DNA from: Octopus vulgaris
Taxonomy: Eukaryota
Length of the DNA stretch: 64,000 bases
Direction of reading: 5' to 3'
NCBI GenBank assembly: GCA_951406725.2
Contig: OX597838.1
Coordinates: forward strand, 11,842,001 to 11,906,000
Part shown: in pieces, positions 14,820 to 30,345 of the stretch
Position numbering within the stretch: the first letter of the stretch is position 1
How the letters are laid out: each line of letters opens with the position of its first letter
Made by a program: the position numbers and the translations under genes
Notes under the pieces: generated by a model
Told to the model about the DNA's origin: nothing
Seen by the model: the letters and a program-made list of their open reading frames with translations, nothing else
Databases searched by the model: none

Positions 14820-15142
14820 TGAAAGCAGCAGGGACAGGTAAAGGATATCACTGGAAGTCTCTTGCTGGATCTCTACACAGTCGGCGAACATTGGGCGATG
14901 ACCGTTCCAGTACAGAACTCATGTGAGTAACTGTGCTCTCCGTGTCCTCTAGTACTGACAAAGCAGGTCTATTTAGACACAAAGCTAGTCTCCCAACAGG
15001 GGAAGGGGAGAGAAAAGGAGCCTGAAAAATTGCTTACTCACCTTAAAGTTGTCAGCCCGCTGCACCTGTCTGGTTATTCAGTAACGCAGTCAAAACATGA
15101 AAAAAATCTAAGAATATTAACTTTGGTTCTTGGAATGTGCGC
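14820..15142 (+). mobile_element. RTE-like LINE 5' fragment
   Basis: Ends in a frame reading NINFGSWNVR, the start motif of APE endonucleases of RTE-type LINEs. Confidence 0.55.
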
Positions 15143-15220
15143 TGATGATGGAGGTATGTTGGATTGTTGGTATGGCTGTTTTTGTACATGTGGAATAGTA
15201 TTATAACACATCCTTTTGAC

Positions 15221-15289
<69 letters not shown>

Positions 15290-15430
15290 TTATATATATA
15301 TATATATTGATAAAACGGTAAGATAACAAAAGAAAGAAAGAGACCTCAATATTATGTAAATAGAGGAAATTTATCTATACAATTATATGTTACATTACTC
15401 GATCTTGACTATCGAGTAATGTTACATATA

Positions 15431-15818
<388 letters not shown>

Positions 15819-16201
15819 TATATGTATATGTTTGTATGTATGTATGCGTATATCATTCTATATATATATTACTCACTATATGTTCCATAATATTTCTCAA
15901 CGTGTGGAGATATTGGGTTTGAAATCATGCAGACAGCAACACTTTGGCAGCTTAAATTTTTCTGGTATTGCTTAAAAATTACGGATACATTATTACACTG
16001 CTTATTTGTATCAAGTACTCTTTCGCTTTCCTGGTGTCTTTGATATTAGTCATCAAACATAATACAATAACATCTCCTTTCTATCTTATACTCATATTGC
16101 ATATCAAAATATCAATCTAATGATTTGTGATATACAGATACAATTTATGTCAAAACTATGTTCAAACGATTTCTGATATAAAGATGCAATACACACACAC
16201 A

Positions 16202-16249
<48 letters not shown>

Positions 16250-17358
16250 GACACACGCACGCACGCACGCACGCATATAAGAAGTACGGCTTGATATCGT
16301 ATCAACAAAGTATCGCAGCACGCGTATTTGTATGTCCAGACGTCGTTTCAACGATTTGGAATAAACTGATGTAACACATATATTGGATATCAAGATATCG
16401 TTGCAACATTTTTGCGATATATGTACAGATGCTCAATATAATCGAGTGTTCTTAGCATTAAAAGATGAATTTAGCAAGTATGGATTTATAGCCCTCACAC
16501 TACTCTGCCAAACAGTTTGACTCCGTTAAACAAACCTGTCAGGAAACTACTGGAGAAGACACAGGATTTAGTTAAGGACAGGCGTTGGAACGTGGCTTTG
16601 TTTGACATTAAACTATGTATGAAAACAACCGCCATCTAACAATTAAGGTTCTAAAAATCTTTTGCATCAAACCTTCTGGATATTTTTTAATTTTTTAATT
16701 TTATCTAGTTTCAGCTCACGAGTTGTGGCCATGCTGGGGCACCGCCATATCATAATGAAAATTTAATTCCATAAGTATATGGGTTCGAATTTTGGCACAA
16801 GGCCAGCAAATTTTAAGGTGAGGGGTTAGTCGATTACATTGACTACAGTGCTCAACTAGTATTTATTTTACTGACCCCGAAAGGATGATAGGCAAGTTGA
16901 CCTCGATGGTATTTGAATACAGGACGCAAAGAGCTGGAAGAAATACTATTAATCATTCTGTCTATCAGCGATTCTGCAGCTCACCGCATTTTCCCTAAGT
17001 ATAATAAATACTTTTCAAACAAACGTAAAACGTAAAACGTGAAGCAAAATAAGAAACCTTTCAAAATTTAAGTCTTTAGAAAAAATAAAACGAAAGAGCT
17101 AGAAGCTTGTCTGGAATAGATAAAGTACCACACAAAGCAGCCATTAAATTAAATATTAAATGATATCACATAAAACTATATAAAAACAGGCAGTAAGACA
17201 ACATGTAAAAATATAAATAGCGAATATTAGATAATATACTGGGATCTTTTTTTAGCGAAGCGCCAAACATTCATCACAATTAAGGACCAAAAGGAAAACA
17301 TTACAGCAAATCCTAAATGCAGTTTATTAAACTAAGCCTAATGTGACATAGGTATATT

Positions 17359-17762
17359 CAGTGGCTGTGTGGTAAGTAGCTTGCTTACCAACACATGGTT
17401 GCGGATTCAGTCTCACTGCGTGGCACCTTGGGCAAGTGTCTTCTACTATAGCCTCAGGCTGACCAAAGCCTTGTGAGTGGATTTGGTAGATGGAAACTGA
17501 AAGAAGCCCATCGTATACATGTATATATATATATATATGTATGTATGTGTGTGTATATGTTTGTGTGTTTGTGTTTGTCCCCCCAACATCGCTTGACAAC
17601 CGATGCTGGTGTGTTTACGTCCCCGTAACTTAGCGGTTCGGCAAAAGAAACCGGTAGAGTAAGTACTAGGATTACAAAGAATAAGTTCTGGGGTCGATTT
17701 GCTCGACTAAAGGCGGTGCTCCAGCATGGCCGAAGTCAAATGACTGAAACAAATAAAAGAAT
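17359..17762 (+). mobile_element. tRNA-derived SINE, family B (GTGGCTGTGTGGTAAGTAGCTTGC...GACTGAAACAA)
   Basis: Multi-copy in the window with an internal (TA)/(TG) microsatellite. Confidence 0.88.
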
Positions 17763-17895
17763 AATAACATTAAGAAGTAGCCCAACCTTCGACAGTTGAC
17801 TAGTAATAATAATGATAATGTTATTAGATGGTTAGAAAATATTGATGAGCACACATAGATTTACACAACCTAACATAATTGAATTTTATCCCCAA

Positions 17896-18290
17896 CTAGC
17901 AGTATCGCCCGGCGTTGCTCGGGTTTGTAAGGGAAATAACTATATAAGCATTTTTAGAGATGTAAAGTATAATAGCCATCTCAATATGGCTAACCACAAA
18001 GGGGGGGGAGTGTTACTGTAGCTTTTTACGTTCTGAGATTTAATAATACATTTTAGAGAGTTACTTCCCTTATATAATAGCAAAAAATGCATTAAAAATG
18101 GGAAAAAATTATGGAAAATTTTTTTTAATCGTAGACTCATCGTAGACGCGCGCTAATACCCAGAAGGGCTCGATATGAATCACGACTATAAGATACCCGC
18201 TTTTGGTTACACTGCACCGCAAAATGTGGGAGTAGTTAGGAATCTAAATCGTAGGAGACAGACACACAACTTCACTTTCATATATAAAGA
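17896..18290 (-). mobile_element. Non-autonomous Helitron (~395 bp)
   Basis: Minus strand begins TCTTTATATATG, ends with GC-rich hairpin CCCGAGCAACGCCGGG then ...CTAG, and is inserted between A and T. Confidence 0.85.
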
Positions 18291-19205
18291 TAACCAAAAA
18301 CTCTATGAAGCAACACTTCAGAATTTTCTAAGAACTACGTTATTGTGGACGATAGTTATATAGATAAAATAATGCATGCTAAAAAAGCCCATACTTTTGT
18401 AAAAAAAAAAAAGGGATGGGTCATATGACTGCAGATCTATGTTTCAGGGTGTGCTTACAAAGTAATTTACTACATTAGCCTGAGGCTTTTACAGAGATGA
18501 CGGTAAACTATAGAAATAATCATTAATTGTCACACAGACAAATTAAGCCCGAAAATTATCTACATTTCCAGCACTTTCGGCTTAAAAAAAGCTATATATT
18601 CACTAACGCTACAGATTATTTTCACACTAGATTTAACAACTAGCACAAACCATTCAGAAACCCAATTAAAAATTCTTTAACATTAACTTATATTTGTGTA
18701 AATACTACCGTCCATAGCTTTTAAGAACTTCATTATAATAACATTGTCTGAAGGATTTCCAATCTATTCACAAATAATGAAATATTCGATAAAGCGGAAC
18801 CTACAACAAAAGATTTTACCAGCTGACTGATTCAAAGAGAATTTTACCTTTTCGCCTTACTCCATGACTCCAAATTAAGAGAGGCACTGTAATGTCATAT
18901 GTATGCCCAATTTTATTCGATGTTGAATATAAAATGTTAATATAAAATGTTAAATATAAAATGTTAATACAAAATACACAGAGAAAAAAAAAGAATATTT
19001 AACAGACATAAACTGAAAGTAAACTCTCTCTCTCTCCTCCTCTCTCCCCCCTCTCTCTCTCACTCGCTCCGTTTCTATCCATATGTGTTCAGTTGCACTG
19101 AGATGCTTTGGCGAAACTATGGTGTGATTTTGATAGTCTACTCTCATGTACAGACGAAAAACACCCACGCAAACAATGATACCAATTTGCGAACGCAAAC
19201 ACTTC

Positions 19206-19284
<79 letters not shown>

Positions 19285-19312
19285 ACACACACACACACAC
19301 GAAGACCCAGAC

Positions 19313-19347
<35 letters not shown>

Positions 19348-19689
19348 CATACACACACACTCACACACACACGCACACACACACACACACACACACACGC
19401 ACGCACACACACACACGAAGACCCAGACACACACACACACACGCAAACGCACACATACACGAACACACCTATATATACACGTTTGCTGAAGCACACATAT
19501 TGCCTATACTCAACCACGCATATATAAACGCATGCATTCACATACACATATATATATGTGCATGTCTATGTATGTTTGTCTATATATATGTGTGTATATG
19601 TGGATGCACACACACACACACATCTGTATGTATGTATATATTTATTTATATAAAACAAAATATGGTAGCATATACCTCAATGCAAACAC

Positions 19690-20005
19690 ATACACGTATG
19701 TATGTTTGTATGTGTATATATATATACATGTATAAATTTACGTATATATACATGTGTATGCACATATAGGTATGTATATCTATTCACACACATGTATGTT
19801 TGTGTGTATATATATATATATATATATATACATGCATAAATTTACATATATATACATGTATATGCACATATAGGTATGTATATCTATTCACACACATGTA
19901 TGTTTGTGTGTATATATATTATATATATATACATGCATAAATTTACATATATATACATGTATATGCACATATAGGTATGTATATCTATTCACACACATGT
20001 ATGTT

Positions 20006-20046
<41 letters not shown>

Positions 20047-20105
20047 GCATAAATTTACATATATATACATGTATATGCACATATAGGTATGTATATCTAT
20101 TCACA
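19690..20105. repeat. Four tandem copies of a ~95-110 bp microsatellite-derived unit
   Basis: Unit TACATGCATAAATTTACATATATATACATGTATATGCACATATAGGTATGTATATCTATTCACACACATGTATGTTTGTGTG(TA)n repeated. Confidence 0.85.
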
Positions 20106-20661
20106 AACACACACACACAATTATCAGCACGTACATTTGAAGACAGTTATTTAGGATATAATGGTTCCTTCCACTTGGCAGCACAACAGAACATATTTCT
20201 ACACATTCAGATGGAAATACAATAACGAAAATAAAAAAAAAAGAAAGAAAATAATAATAATAATAAATGAGAATTAAATAAACATCTGTACGAAAATGAA
20301 ATGTGCTCTAAACACCAACCAACCAGCCAATCAACCAACCAGCCAACCAGCCAGCCAGCAAGCCAGTCGTCTCTCCATATCGCCATCTTACTTTCAACTT
20401 CTAACCATTACTAACCGCTAATAAAACTGCACTTTTGTCTCTAACACTCTATCACTACCCTCAAATCCTAACTACTGTTCACTTACCACTAAGGACTGAC
20501 TATAAGGCACTTACTACTACACACTGACTACAATGCATTTGCCAATATATAATAAATACTACCTTCTGACTACTATCCAAATGTGAATAAGTAACCTCAT
20601 TAAATATTGGACATTGAGTCAAATGTGAATGATTGAGTGATACAACAACAGCAACAACAGT

Positions 20662-21385
20662 GGAGACGCAATGGCCCAGTGGTTAGGGCAGCGGACTCGC
20701 GGATTCGATTCCCAGACTGGGCGTTGTGTGTGTTTATTGAGCGAAAACAACTAAAGCTCCACGAGGCTCTGGCAGGGGGTGGTGGCGATCTCCGTTGTAC
20801 TCTTTCGCTCCAAATTTCTCTCACTCTTTCTTCCTGTTTCTTGTCCCCTACTTCCTACGTAACCGCTGAGCCTGGATGCTGCGCATTCATCCATCCGTCG
20901 ATGCTCTCGGTGTCGGGGATTGACCTGCTTTCTCTTCTGCGGGTCTTACGAATAGCAAAGGATCACGTTTCGGACTTCTCCAACAGGACGAAGACCGCTA
21001 CGCTCAACAGCAACAGCAGTGGAGGCGCAATGGTCCAGTGGTTAGGGCAGCGGACTCGCGGTCGGAGGATCGTGGTTTCGATTCCCAGACCGGGCGTTGT
21101 GTGTGTTTATTGAGTGAAAACACCTAAAGCTCCACGCAGCTCCGGCAGGGGGTGGTGGAGACCCCTGTTGTACTCTTTCGCTCCAATTTTCTCTCACTCT
21201 TTCTTCCTGTTTCTTGTCCCCGGCTTCCTACGCAACCACTGAGGCTTGATGCGCATTCATCCATCCGTCGATGCTCTCGGTGTCGGGGGTTGACCTGCTT
21301 TCTCTTCTGCGGGTCTCACGAATAGCAAAGGACCACGTTTCGGACTTCTCCCATCTTGTGAGCTAGGGGACGAAGACCGTTCGCT
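20662..21385 (+). mobile_element. Head-to-tail pair of family A SINEs (20662-21005, 21021-21385)
   Basis: Two similar copies separated and flanked by CAACAG-type repeats. Confidence 0.88.
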
Positions 21386-21730
21386 CAACAGCAACAGCAA
21401 CAACAACAACAGCACCAACAACAATAATATACGTCATCGCCACCGCCAGCACCATCGCCACCACCACAAGGAAAAACAGCATTAACTGCTGCTCAAACTA
21501 CACCATTGCACAAAAGTATTTTAAACCATTGAAGCTAAAAAATATCCCAAATAGTTCTATGTTGGTGTTAAAATACCCATGTTTCCAGAGGTGAATTACC
21601 CCCTTTTTTAAAAAAATCTTATTATCTCATTATATGTAAAACCCCACATTTTGTCTGTCTTTGTATCGTCCCCACTCATCGTTCACCCATGTGGCAAATA
21701 AACGTTATTATTAATATTATTATTATTATT

Positions 21731-22283
21731 GAGTGAGAGAGCAGTTCATGCCATCAAAGTGACACTGGGGTAAAATATACGAAGCCCAGTATACCCATCA
21801 TGACTACCCGTCTGATAAGGGTACACCAGGCACATGCATCACAACCACATGTGCACGACATGGTGATCTCATAAAAAGATAAACAGCACATGACCTTGCA
21901 GGTGGGGCCCAGTTAGAATTTTCTTCTGGTCGAGAGCCCATTCCGCTCAAAAGGTCCCTGAATAAAGGTTGTTTAAGGATGTTGAAAGAACCACCCATGT
22001 TTCCAGAGGTGAACTATTCAAACCCCAAAGAATCCCTCTCAACACATGGCTATGATGCTCCCCCACTACTTCTGCTCGTGATCAGAGATGCACATATCGT
22101 CAGCCACTAAGGGACATGCTCAACTGGTTAAGGTCAAACAACTGACAAGCAAATCTGTGGTATTGAGCAGAATATTTGCTGTAGCCCATCTTTTATACCA
22201 AGACAAAACAATGTACATGATAACACTTCCAATCAGTTAAGATCAGAAGCCACAAGAGCCACTGCCTGGTACTGCATCAGGGC

Positions 22284-22286
<3 letters not shown>
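21731..22286. mobile_element. ~555 bp non-coding interspersed element embedded in (TTA)n
   Basis: Complex GC-richer segment with (TAT)n directly on both sides; classification as a retroposon is inferred. Confidence 0.55.
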
Positions 22287-22346
<60 letters not shown>

Positions 22347-22762
22347 CATTATTATTATTATTAAGGTAGCTAGTAAAGAGAATCATTAGCGAAATGTAGA
22401 AAGTGGTTGGTGACATTTCTTTCGGCTATTCATGTTCTGAGTTCAAATACCGTTGAGGTCGACTTTACTTTTTTATCATTTCAAGTTCGATAAAATAAGT
22501 AACAGCTAAATAATGTTGTCGATGCAATCGACGGACCCATTCACCAAAATTTTCCGCAGCGAGCTTGCAAAATCGTTAATAAGTCAGATGAATTGCTTTG
22601 CGGTATCCCTTCCGGTTCGTTACTTCCTGAGTTCAAATGCCAGATAGATGGCCTAAAGCAGGGTACGAGTCAAGTACTGAGATCGATGTTATCAGCGAGC
22701 CCCTACTCTGAAAATTGACCCTTTGTGAAAGATAAATTATTATTATTAATAGTAGTATTAAT

Positions 22763-23165
22763 AGGCGCAGGAGTGGCTGTGTGGTAAGTAGCTTGCTAAC
22801 CAACCACATGGTTCCGGGTTCAGTCCCACTGCGTGGCATCTTGGGCAAGTGTCTTCTGCTATAGCCCCGGGCCGACCAATGCCTTGTGAGTGGATTTGGT
22901 AGACGGAAACTGAAAGAAGCCCGTCGTATATATGTATGTATGTGTGTGTGTATGTTTGTGTGTCTGTGTTTGTCCCCCTAGCATTGCTTGACAACCGATG
23001 CTGGTGTGTTTACGTCCCCGTAACTTAGCGGTTCGGCAAAAGAGAACCGATAGAATAAGTACTGGGCTTACAAAAGAATAAGTCCCGGGGTCGAGTTGCT
23101 TGACTAAAGGCGGTGCTCCAGCATGGCCGCAGTCAAATGACTGAAACAAGTAAAAGAGTAAAGAG
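22763..23165 (+). mobile_element. SINE family B, full length
   Basis: GGCGCAGGAGTGGCTGTGTGG head to (GTAAAAGA)n tail. Confidence 0.9.
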
Positions 23166-23382
23166 TAATAGAGTAGTATCAACGATGCTATTAATTGTTT
23201 TTTTTTCACTTAAAATCACTGCATTTCAACTTTTCAATGCAATAAGTGGTTGCTTCGTTGATGGAAATTATACAAAAGGAAATATACGATAACCATTTAC
23301 TAAGATATTAGAATACGGTAAAATTTTATAATCGAGGGAGGGTAACAATTGCTGTGTGTTTTGTTTTCAGAAAAAAATATAC

Positions 23383-23766
23383 GTGGAAGCATTCCGTCGG
23401 TTACGACGATGAGGGTTCCGGTTGATCCGAATCAATGGAACAGCCTGCTCGTGAAATTAACGTGTAAGTGGCTGAGCACTCCACAGGCACGTGCACCCTT
23501 AACGTAGTTCTCGGGGATATTCAGCGTGACACAGAGAGTGACAAGGCCGGCCCTTGAAATAAAGGTACAACAGAAACAGGAAGTAAGAGTGAGAGAAAGT
23601 TGCGGTGAAAGAGTACAGCAGGGTTCACCACCATCCCCTGCCGGAGCCTCGTGGAGCTTTTAGGTGTTTTCGCTCAATAAACACTCACAACGCCCGGTCT
23701 GGGAATCGAAACCGCGATCCTATGACCGCGAGTCCGCTGCCCTAACCACTGGGCCATTGCGCCTCC
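23383..23766 (-). mobile_element. SINE family A with a distinct tail
   Basis: Reverse complement of the family A head at ~23570-23766. Confidence 0.85.
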
Positions 23767-25053
23767 ACAAAGAAAAAATATAATATATTGTCTCACGGAA
23801 CTATTGTACTAAACATAAACACTTGATTGGAAAGGAAATCTACTTTTTGACATTAATCGAAATGTTTGTTGCGTGGAAGGCGTTTATAAGCCATTTAAGA
23901 AACACGCAAAACCCGTCAGATTCATTTCAACATTTAAATTTAATTTGTCAAAATATCTTCGTCGCTTTGAGACCGCGACCTGTTCACTGACAACATTCCC
24001 TGCTGCACGGAGGAATTACAACCGTGTTTCGTGGTCTGCTACCACAACAGCTCCTTTATAGGATCCAGTTAGCTCAATACATCATCAGGAGGAACCACGT
24101 CCGGTTTCGGCCCCTACTCCTCTACCGTTTTGACGTGTCGGGGCACCCCCTCCTTTCGGAGGTGTCTTCAGCTCTGGTGTTGGGTGCATGTCTTCTTTCT
24201 TCTTCTTTCTTCTGTTCCCTGGCCTCTTCAGTGTATCGTCAGCGAGTGTCAGCCGGTGACTCTCAGTGAACATAATTGTTTTCGTTCCAGCACACCATCT
24301 CAGATCAGGTCACTTGCTATGCAATTACATCTCCGAAATGTTTGTTGATAAATATATATAAAAAAAAAGTATCTGCAAGTTAATCACTGAACAGCTTCGT
24401 ACTTTACTGTTACACGTTTAAAACAGATGTTAAAATTCATCTCACAATGTTATTATCTATATAAATTAGAACGTGCCATTGAACTAGTTCGAGATACTTT
24501 CTTGAACGAACTTCGACCAGTTTCGTTAAATTAAATAGTGATAACAGGTTCAACCACATCAAAACGGTTTTCCGTTTTCACTCAGCTGACGGTAGTTGGC
24601 AACTCTACACTGGGAAATTGTAAGGATTACAGAGAAGCTGTCAAATGGCCATATTTAGAACAATGAAGATGGTTATCAACCTTTGAAACTCAAAGGTGAA
24701 GAATAAGCATATAAATATTCGCACTATTTTTACTTCACATGAATAAAAAAAACGGTATGGCTTCAAAAAAGAATTTTGTTAATAATTTTGTGTGGTGGTT
24801 AATTTTTGTTACTTTAAGGATCGCTGGGCTAATGTAGATATTCGATAGTTTTTATTTCATGTATAACTATTGGATCTTTGGTTCCGCTTATTTTATGGCT
24901 TTAAAATCGATAAAACGTGGAACTCAGAGACACAGTTTAGAAAGTTTTAGCGTTAGCTTTTCATTTTATTATTCTGTCATATTTTATTGAGTTCTTTGTT
25001 CTTTATTCAAGATTGTCTTACATTGTTGCATATTTACTTTTCCAACATACATG

Positions 25054-25190
<137 letters not shown>

Positions 25191-25284
25191 TTTAATAGCT
25201 CTCCTCTCTCTCTCTGGCTCTGTCTCTCTCTATATATAAATATATACATATGCCTGCACACTCGTATATATACATATATATGAA

Positions 25285-25348
<64 letters not shown>

Positions 25349-25349
25349 G

Positions 25350-25388
<39 letters not shown>

Positions 25389-25414
25389 AATCTATCAATC
25401 TTCTTCTCTCTCCC

Positions 25415-25466
<52 letters not shown>

Positions 25467-25973
25467 TGTGTGTGTGTATATATGGTATATTACATATGAA
25501 TACCTATGTGTCGATCGATTTATGAATATGTACACACAGATACACACACACACAAACACACAGAGACACACACACGCACGTATATATACATGTATGTATG
25601 CATGTATGTATGTATGTATGTATGTATGTATGTATGTATGTATGTATGTATGTATGTATGTATGTATGCCTGTATATTTACGCATACATGCACACAAACG
25701 TATATATAGCGAGTTAACTGGTAAACTATTTATTTCATGGTTTCCAAACCTCCTGCACTTTACAAGGAATCTCGTTAACAAGCAGAGTAACAACCGCAAC
25801 CGCCATTCCTGACACACACGCCATCATTAAACAGTAAAATCTCCTTCTCCCCTCTCACAACCAACACCTCTCACCCATCAATATTATGATGCAGAGAGAC
25901 TAGTTTTGTCATGTGTCAGTTTAGCATATTATTTTTGACAGTTCAAAGAATAATACCAAATAATAAACCTTGT

Positions 25974-26133
<160 letters not shown>

Positions 26134-26612
26134 GTATGCCGATATATGTACGTGTATGTACACACACACACACACACACGTATCTAGTTTTGTAAACAAC
26201 AAATGTATTTACATATATGTGTTTGTGTATGTATGTGGTTGTATGCGTGTACGTGTGAGTGCTTGTTTATACCAATTATCTGTTCTATGCGTGACGCTAC
26301 TTTTGTTTTATATGTATATGCATAAATACAGACACACACACACAAACACAAATACACACACACACACACACATATACACATATATATGCATGTGTGTATA
26401 TTGTATACGTTTATACATATGCTTATATATGTACATATAGATGTAAATATATAAATATATATACACATATGTACATATATTTGTTTATATATATATATGT
26501 GTGCATGTGTATATATGTTTATATTTATATATATATAACCATATAAACCAATATATATGTGTGTGTGCTCGTGTGTTTGCCTATGTATATGCACATATAC
26601 ATACATACATTC

Positions 26613-26781
<169 letters not shown>

Positions 26782-27434
26782 CATATATGTATATACAAAT
26801 GCATGTGTATATACATACATATGCTCGTAGAACTGCGAACATTGACTTGAGCCCCCCCCCATCCTCCTTGCACTCCAACTCTCTGACACTCGTAAACAGA
26901 CACGTTTACAGAGAAAAATGTTTGACTTAAGGTTAAACAGCAATAACCATCACAACAGCAACAACAACAGCAACAACCACACTAACTTCAGCCTTTTCTC
27001 CATCTCTTTGTTGTCGTCTTTTTAGTAGTTCAGCAGACGGTAACACAAATCTATAACTTCCGGTTTTATTAAGCTAACACAGAATCTAGCACAGATATGT
27101 CTGTGCATTTAAGTAAACTTGATATTTCGCACATTCATCCATCCATCTGCTCCTCCCACTATTGCTGGGTTGTGCAGGTGGAGTCCTCCAACGCTTCTTC
27201 CATAGGGTGTTCCCAAAAGAAACCTTTATTACATTTTCTTACTGGATTTCCAAATGTGACCAGAGGAGACTATGGACATTATTCAACCATTCCGATGCTT
27301 CCTAGGGCTAAATAGCGGTGGTGTGATTCCCTTCATGGGACTGTCACATTAAGTTGACAGTATACAACTGCTCTATCGTACCACCACTGCTTATATCTCT
27401 TTGAGATATTTAGAAATGTAATATTTCTATTTTA

Positions 27435-27490
<56 letters not shown>

Positions 27491-27492
27491 AC

Positions 27493-27578
<86 letters not shown>

Positions 27579-27737
27579 GACGGTTTTCCACACAGTTTTC
27601 GTCTACCAAATTCACCCACAAGGCATTGGTCGGCCCATGATGCTGTGCAGTGAGACTGAACCCTAAACTACGTGGTTGCCATGCTAGTTTCGTAATTGCG
27701 CGCCCATGCCTGTCTTTTAAATATTCTTTTCTAATCT

Positions 27738-28308
27738 AGGCACAAGCCCCGAAATTTTTGGGGGAGGGAGCCTGTCGATTAGATCGACCCCAGTACACAA
27801 CTAGTACTTAATTTATCAACCCCGAAAGGATGAAAGGCAAAGAGACCTCAGCGGAATTTGAATTCAGAACGTAAAGACAGACGAAATACCTATTTCTTTA
27901 TTGCCCACAGGGGGGTTAAACATAGAGAGGGTACAAACAAGGACAGACAAACGGATTAAGTCGATTACATCGACCCCAGTGCGTAACTGGTACTTAATTT
28001 ATCGACCCCGAAAGGATGAAAGGCAAAGAGATCTCAGCGGAATTTGAACTCAGAACGTAACGGCAGACTGTGGATACCTGTTTCTTTACAACCCACAAGG
28101 GGCTAAACACAGATGGGACAAACAAGGACAGACAAAAGGATTAAGTCGATTATATCGACCCCAGTGCGTAACTGGTACTTAATTTATCGACCCCGAAAGG
28201 ATGAAAGGCAAAGTCGACCTCGGTGTAATTTGAACTCAGAACGTAACGGCAGACGAAATACGGCTACGCATTTCGCCCGGTGTGCTAACGTTTCTGCCAG
28301 CTCGCCGC
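27738..28308 (-). mobile_element. SINE family C with tandemly triplicated body
   Basis: Head GGCGGCGAGCTGGCAGAAACG ends at 28308; the core CCTTTCATCCTTTCGGGGTCGATAAAT is present three times. Confidence 0.88.
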
Positions 28309-28338
28309 CTCCCGTGCTTTAAATGTTAAGAATTTAAT

Positions 28339-28409
28339 TGCCTTGACCGCAAATCGAATACCGGACGCCCGCGTGGTAGCTGAACATTCTGCAACTGAAC
28401 CAGTGATGC
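28339..28409 (-). pseudogene. tRNA-Gly(GCC)-derived pseudogene
   Basis: Minus strand GCATCACTGGTTCAGTTGCAGAATGTTCAGCTACCACGCGGGCGTCCGGTATTCGATTTGCGGTCAAGGCA (71 nt) aligns by eye to eukaryotic tRNA-Gly GCC, with many substitutions and broken stems. Confidence 0.7.
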
Positions 28410-28936
28410 TTCCAGCGAGGACTTTTAGTTTTTACTACAATTTTGTTTTTCCTAGTTCCAACGGGTAAACATTAACATAATCTTTCGTTTGTTTTCAGCG
28501 AGATATCAGCTTAAGAATTTGTAGTGAGTTATAAGTTTTATGATAAAATCGGTTTATCTAGCAAAAACAAATTAAATCCCAAACGTTTGCAAATAAGTAT
28601 GTATTAATTAAAAAATAAAAAAATATTAGAGAACACAGTTTAAGCGCCATTATAACATAAACAACCCACTTTTGTATTTTTTCCGAATAATTAAGACATT
28701 TAAATGTACTTTTATTCAGAAAATAAGTAGATTTTTGTTATTTATCGGTGTAGTACTGGGACAGCGTTTTAATTATTTCGCTATTTTAATTAAGACAAAT
28801 TTGAACCACTGGGGTTCAGTCTCACTGCAGGGTATTTTGAGCAGGTGTATACTACTGTAACCTGGATCGACCAAAGTCTTGTCAGTGGATTTGGTTGATG
28901 ACAACTGGAAGATGCTCGTATATATATACTTAATAA

Positions 28937-29125
28937 TTAATAATTAGGGTTCAGCAAAGATTTGCTTTACCACATACCGAAATTTAGAAATAGCAGCCAA
29001 AAATCTTAGCTATTTCTTTTTCTGGGAGTCCCTTTTTAAAGTAGAAGAAATAGCTAAGGTTTTGGCTGCTATTTCTAAACTTCGGTATGTGGTAAAGCAA
29101 ATCTTTGCTGAACCCTAATTATTAA
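28937..29125. repeat. Fold-back inverted repeat with ~80 bp arms
   Basis: TAATAATTAGGGTTCAGCAAAGATTTGC...TAGCTATTTCTT mirrored by AAGAAATAGCTA...GCTGAACCCTAATTATTA. Confidence 0.92.
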
Positions 29126-29234
29126 GTATTACTTAAGTTTACCGTGAAATGGTCCTTTTTTTCATGCCGAATTCTATTTGGTGAAATTATTGATTACTTC
29201 TTAATTAATTAATTTTACCCTTTGTTATTATATG

Positions 29235-29289
<55 letters not shown>

Positions 29290-30226
29290 GGCCCTCACCA
29301 ACAGGTGTTGGTTTGTTTATGTCTCCGTAACCTAGCAGTTCGGCAAAAAAATCGATAGAATAAGTACCAGACTTCTTTCTAAAAAAGGGGTCGATTTGTT
29401 CGATTACACTCTACTAGGCGGGGGCCGCACTCTAATCACAAAAGCAAACAAAAGATAATAAACGAATCATCTGTTAAATCTCCTTTTCATAGTAAATTCG
29501 ATTATAAGAGGTTTCACTGAGGTCTATGAAACCCTGGACATTGTAGGAATGATTAGAAGAAGAGACATCAAGAAAAAAAAACGTAGAGGTCGCTATGGGA
29601 GAGCTTTTTCAGTTTGTTCTTTTTATAATCGCTCCCTTATTTACTGAACTTTTCTTAGCGTTAACATGCGATTCCCATGCTGTAAAACTTTGAGCACAAG
29701 CACAGCAGTATTTAAGGTCAAATCTTGGACCTGAACGAGTTTCGATTGGTTTGTGTTTGAGATGTAATGAAGTGAATTTCGATGGTTGTGGATTGCACTT
29801 ACTTGGTTCTATCGTCCGTTAGAGTGATTTTGTTGTTTTTAAAATTTTTATTTTAACTGGATCCGTCCTTTCACACAGAATTTCGTCTATCTTTGAACCA
29901 TGACCCTGAAGTGACTTATATTTAAGGGAGCTGTTATTGTGTATGTATATCAGAAAATGTTTATAAGTCGAAATAATTTGTTGGCGTTTTATGATTTTTA
30001 AAAATAATTGTTTATGATATATAATATTATGTTATATTCATAGTGTATCATGTGATATTATAACATAAATAAATCATTGGATTGTCAATAGTATCTCTCT
30101 ATTTATTTCATCTTTGTAATAGCATTATATCCCCATTTATATATCTATATGGTATTCAACTGACGTGCCAGTGAATTGGATGTTTAACACACCCCTTTGA
30201 AGGATGTTACTTTCCTCAGTTTGTTA

Positions 30227-30261
<35 letters not shown>

Positions 30262-30282
30262 TAAATATAAATATAAATATAA

Positions 30283-30342
<60 letters not shown>

Positions 30343-30345
<3 letters not shown>

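Noticed and set aside
24078-24178. Minus-strand CTGAAGA...GAAAC hammerhead-like motif
   Set aside because: Stems I and III cannot both be formed cleanly with a proper NUH register; too ambiguous to call
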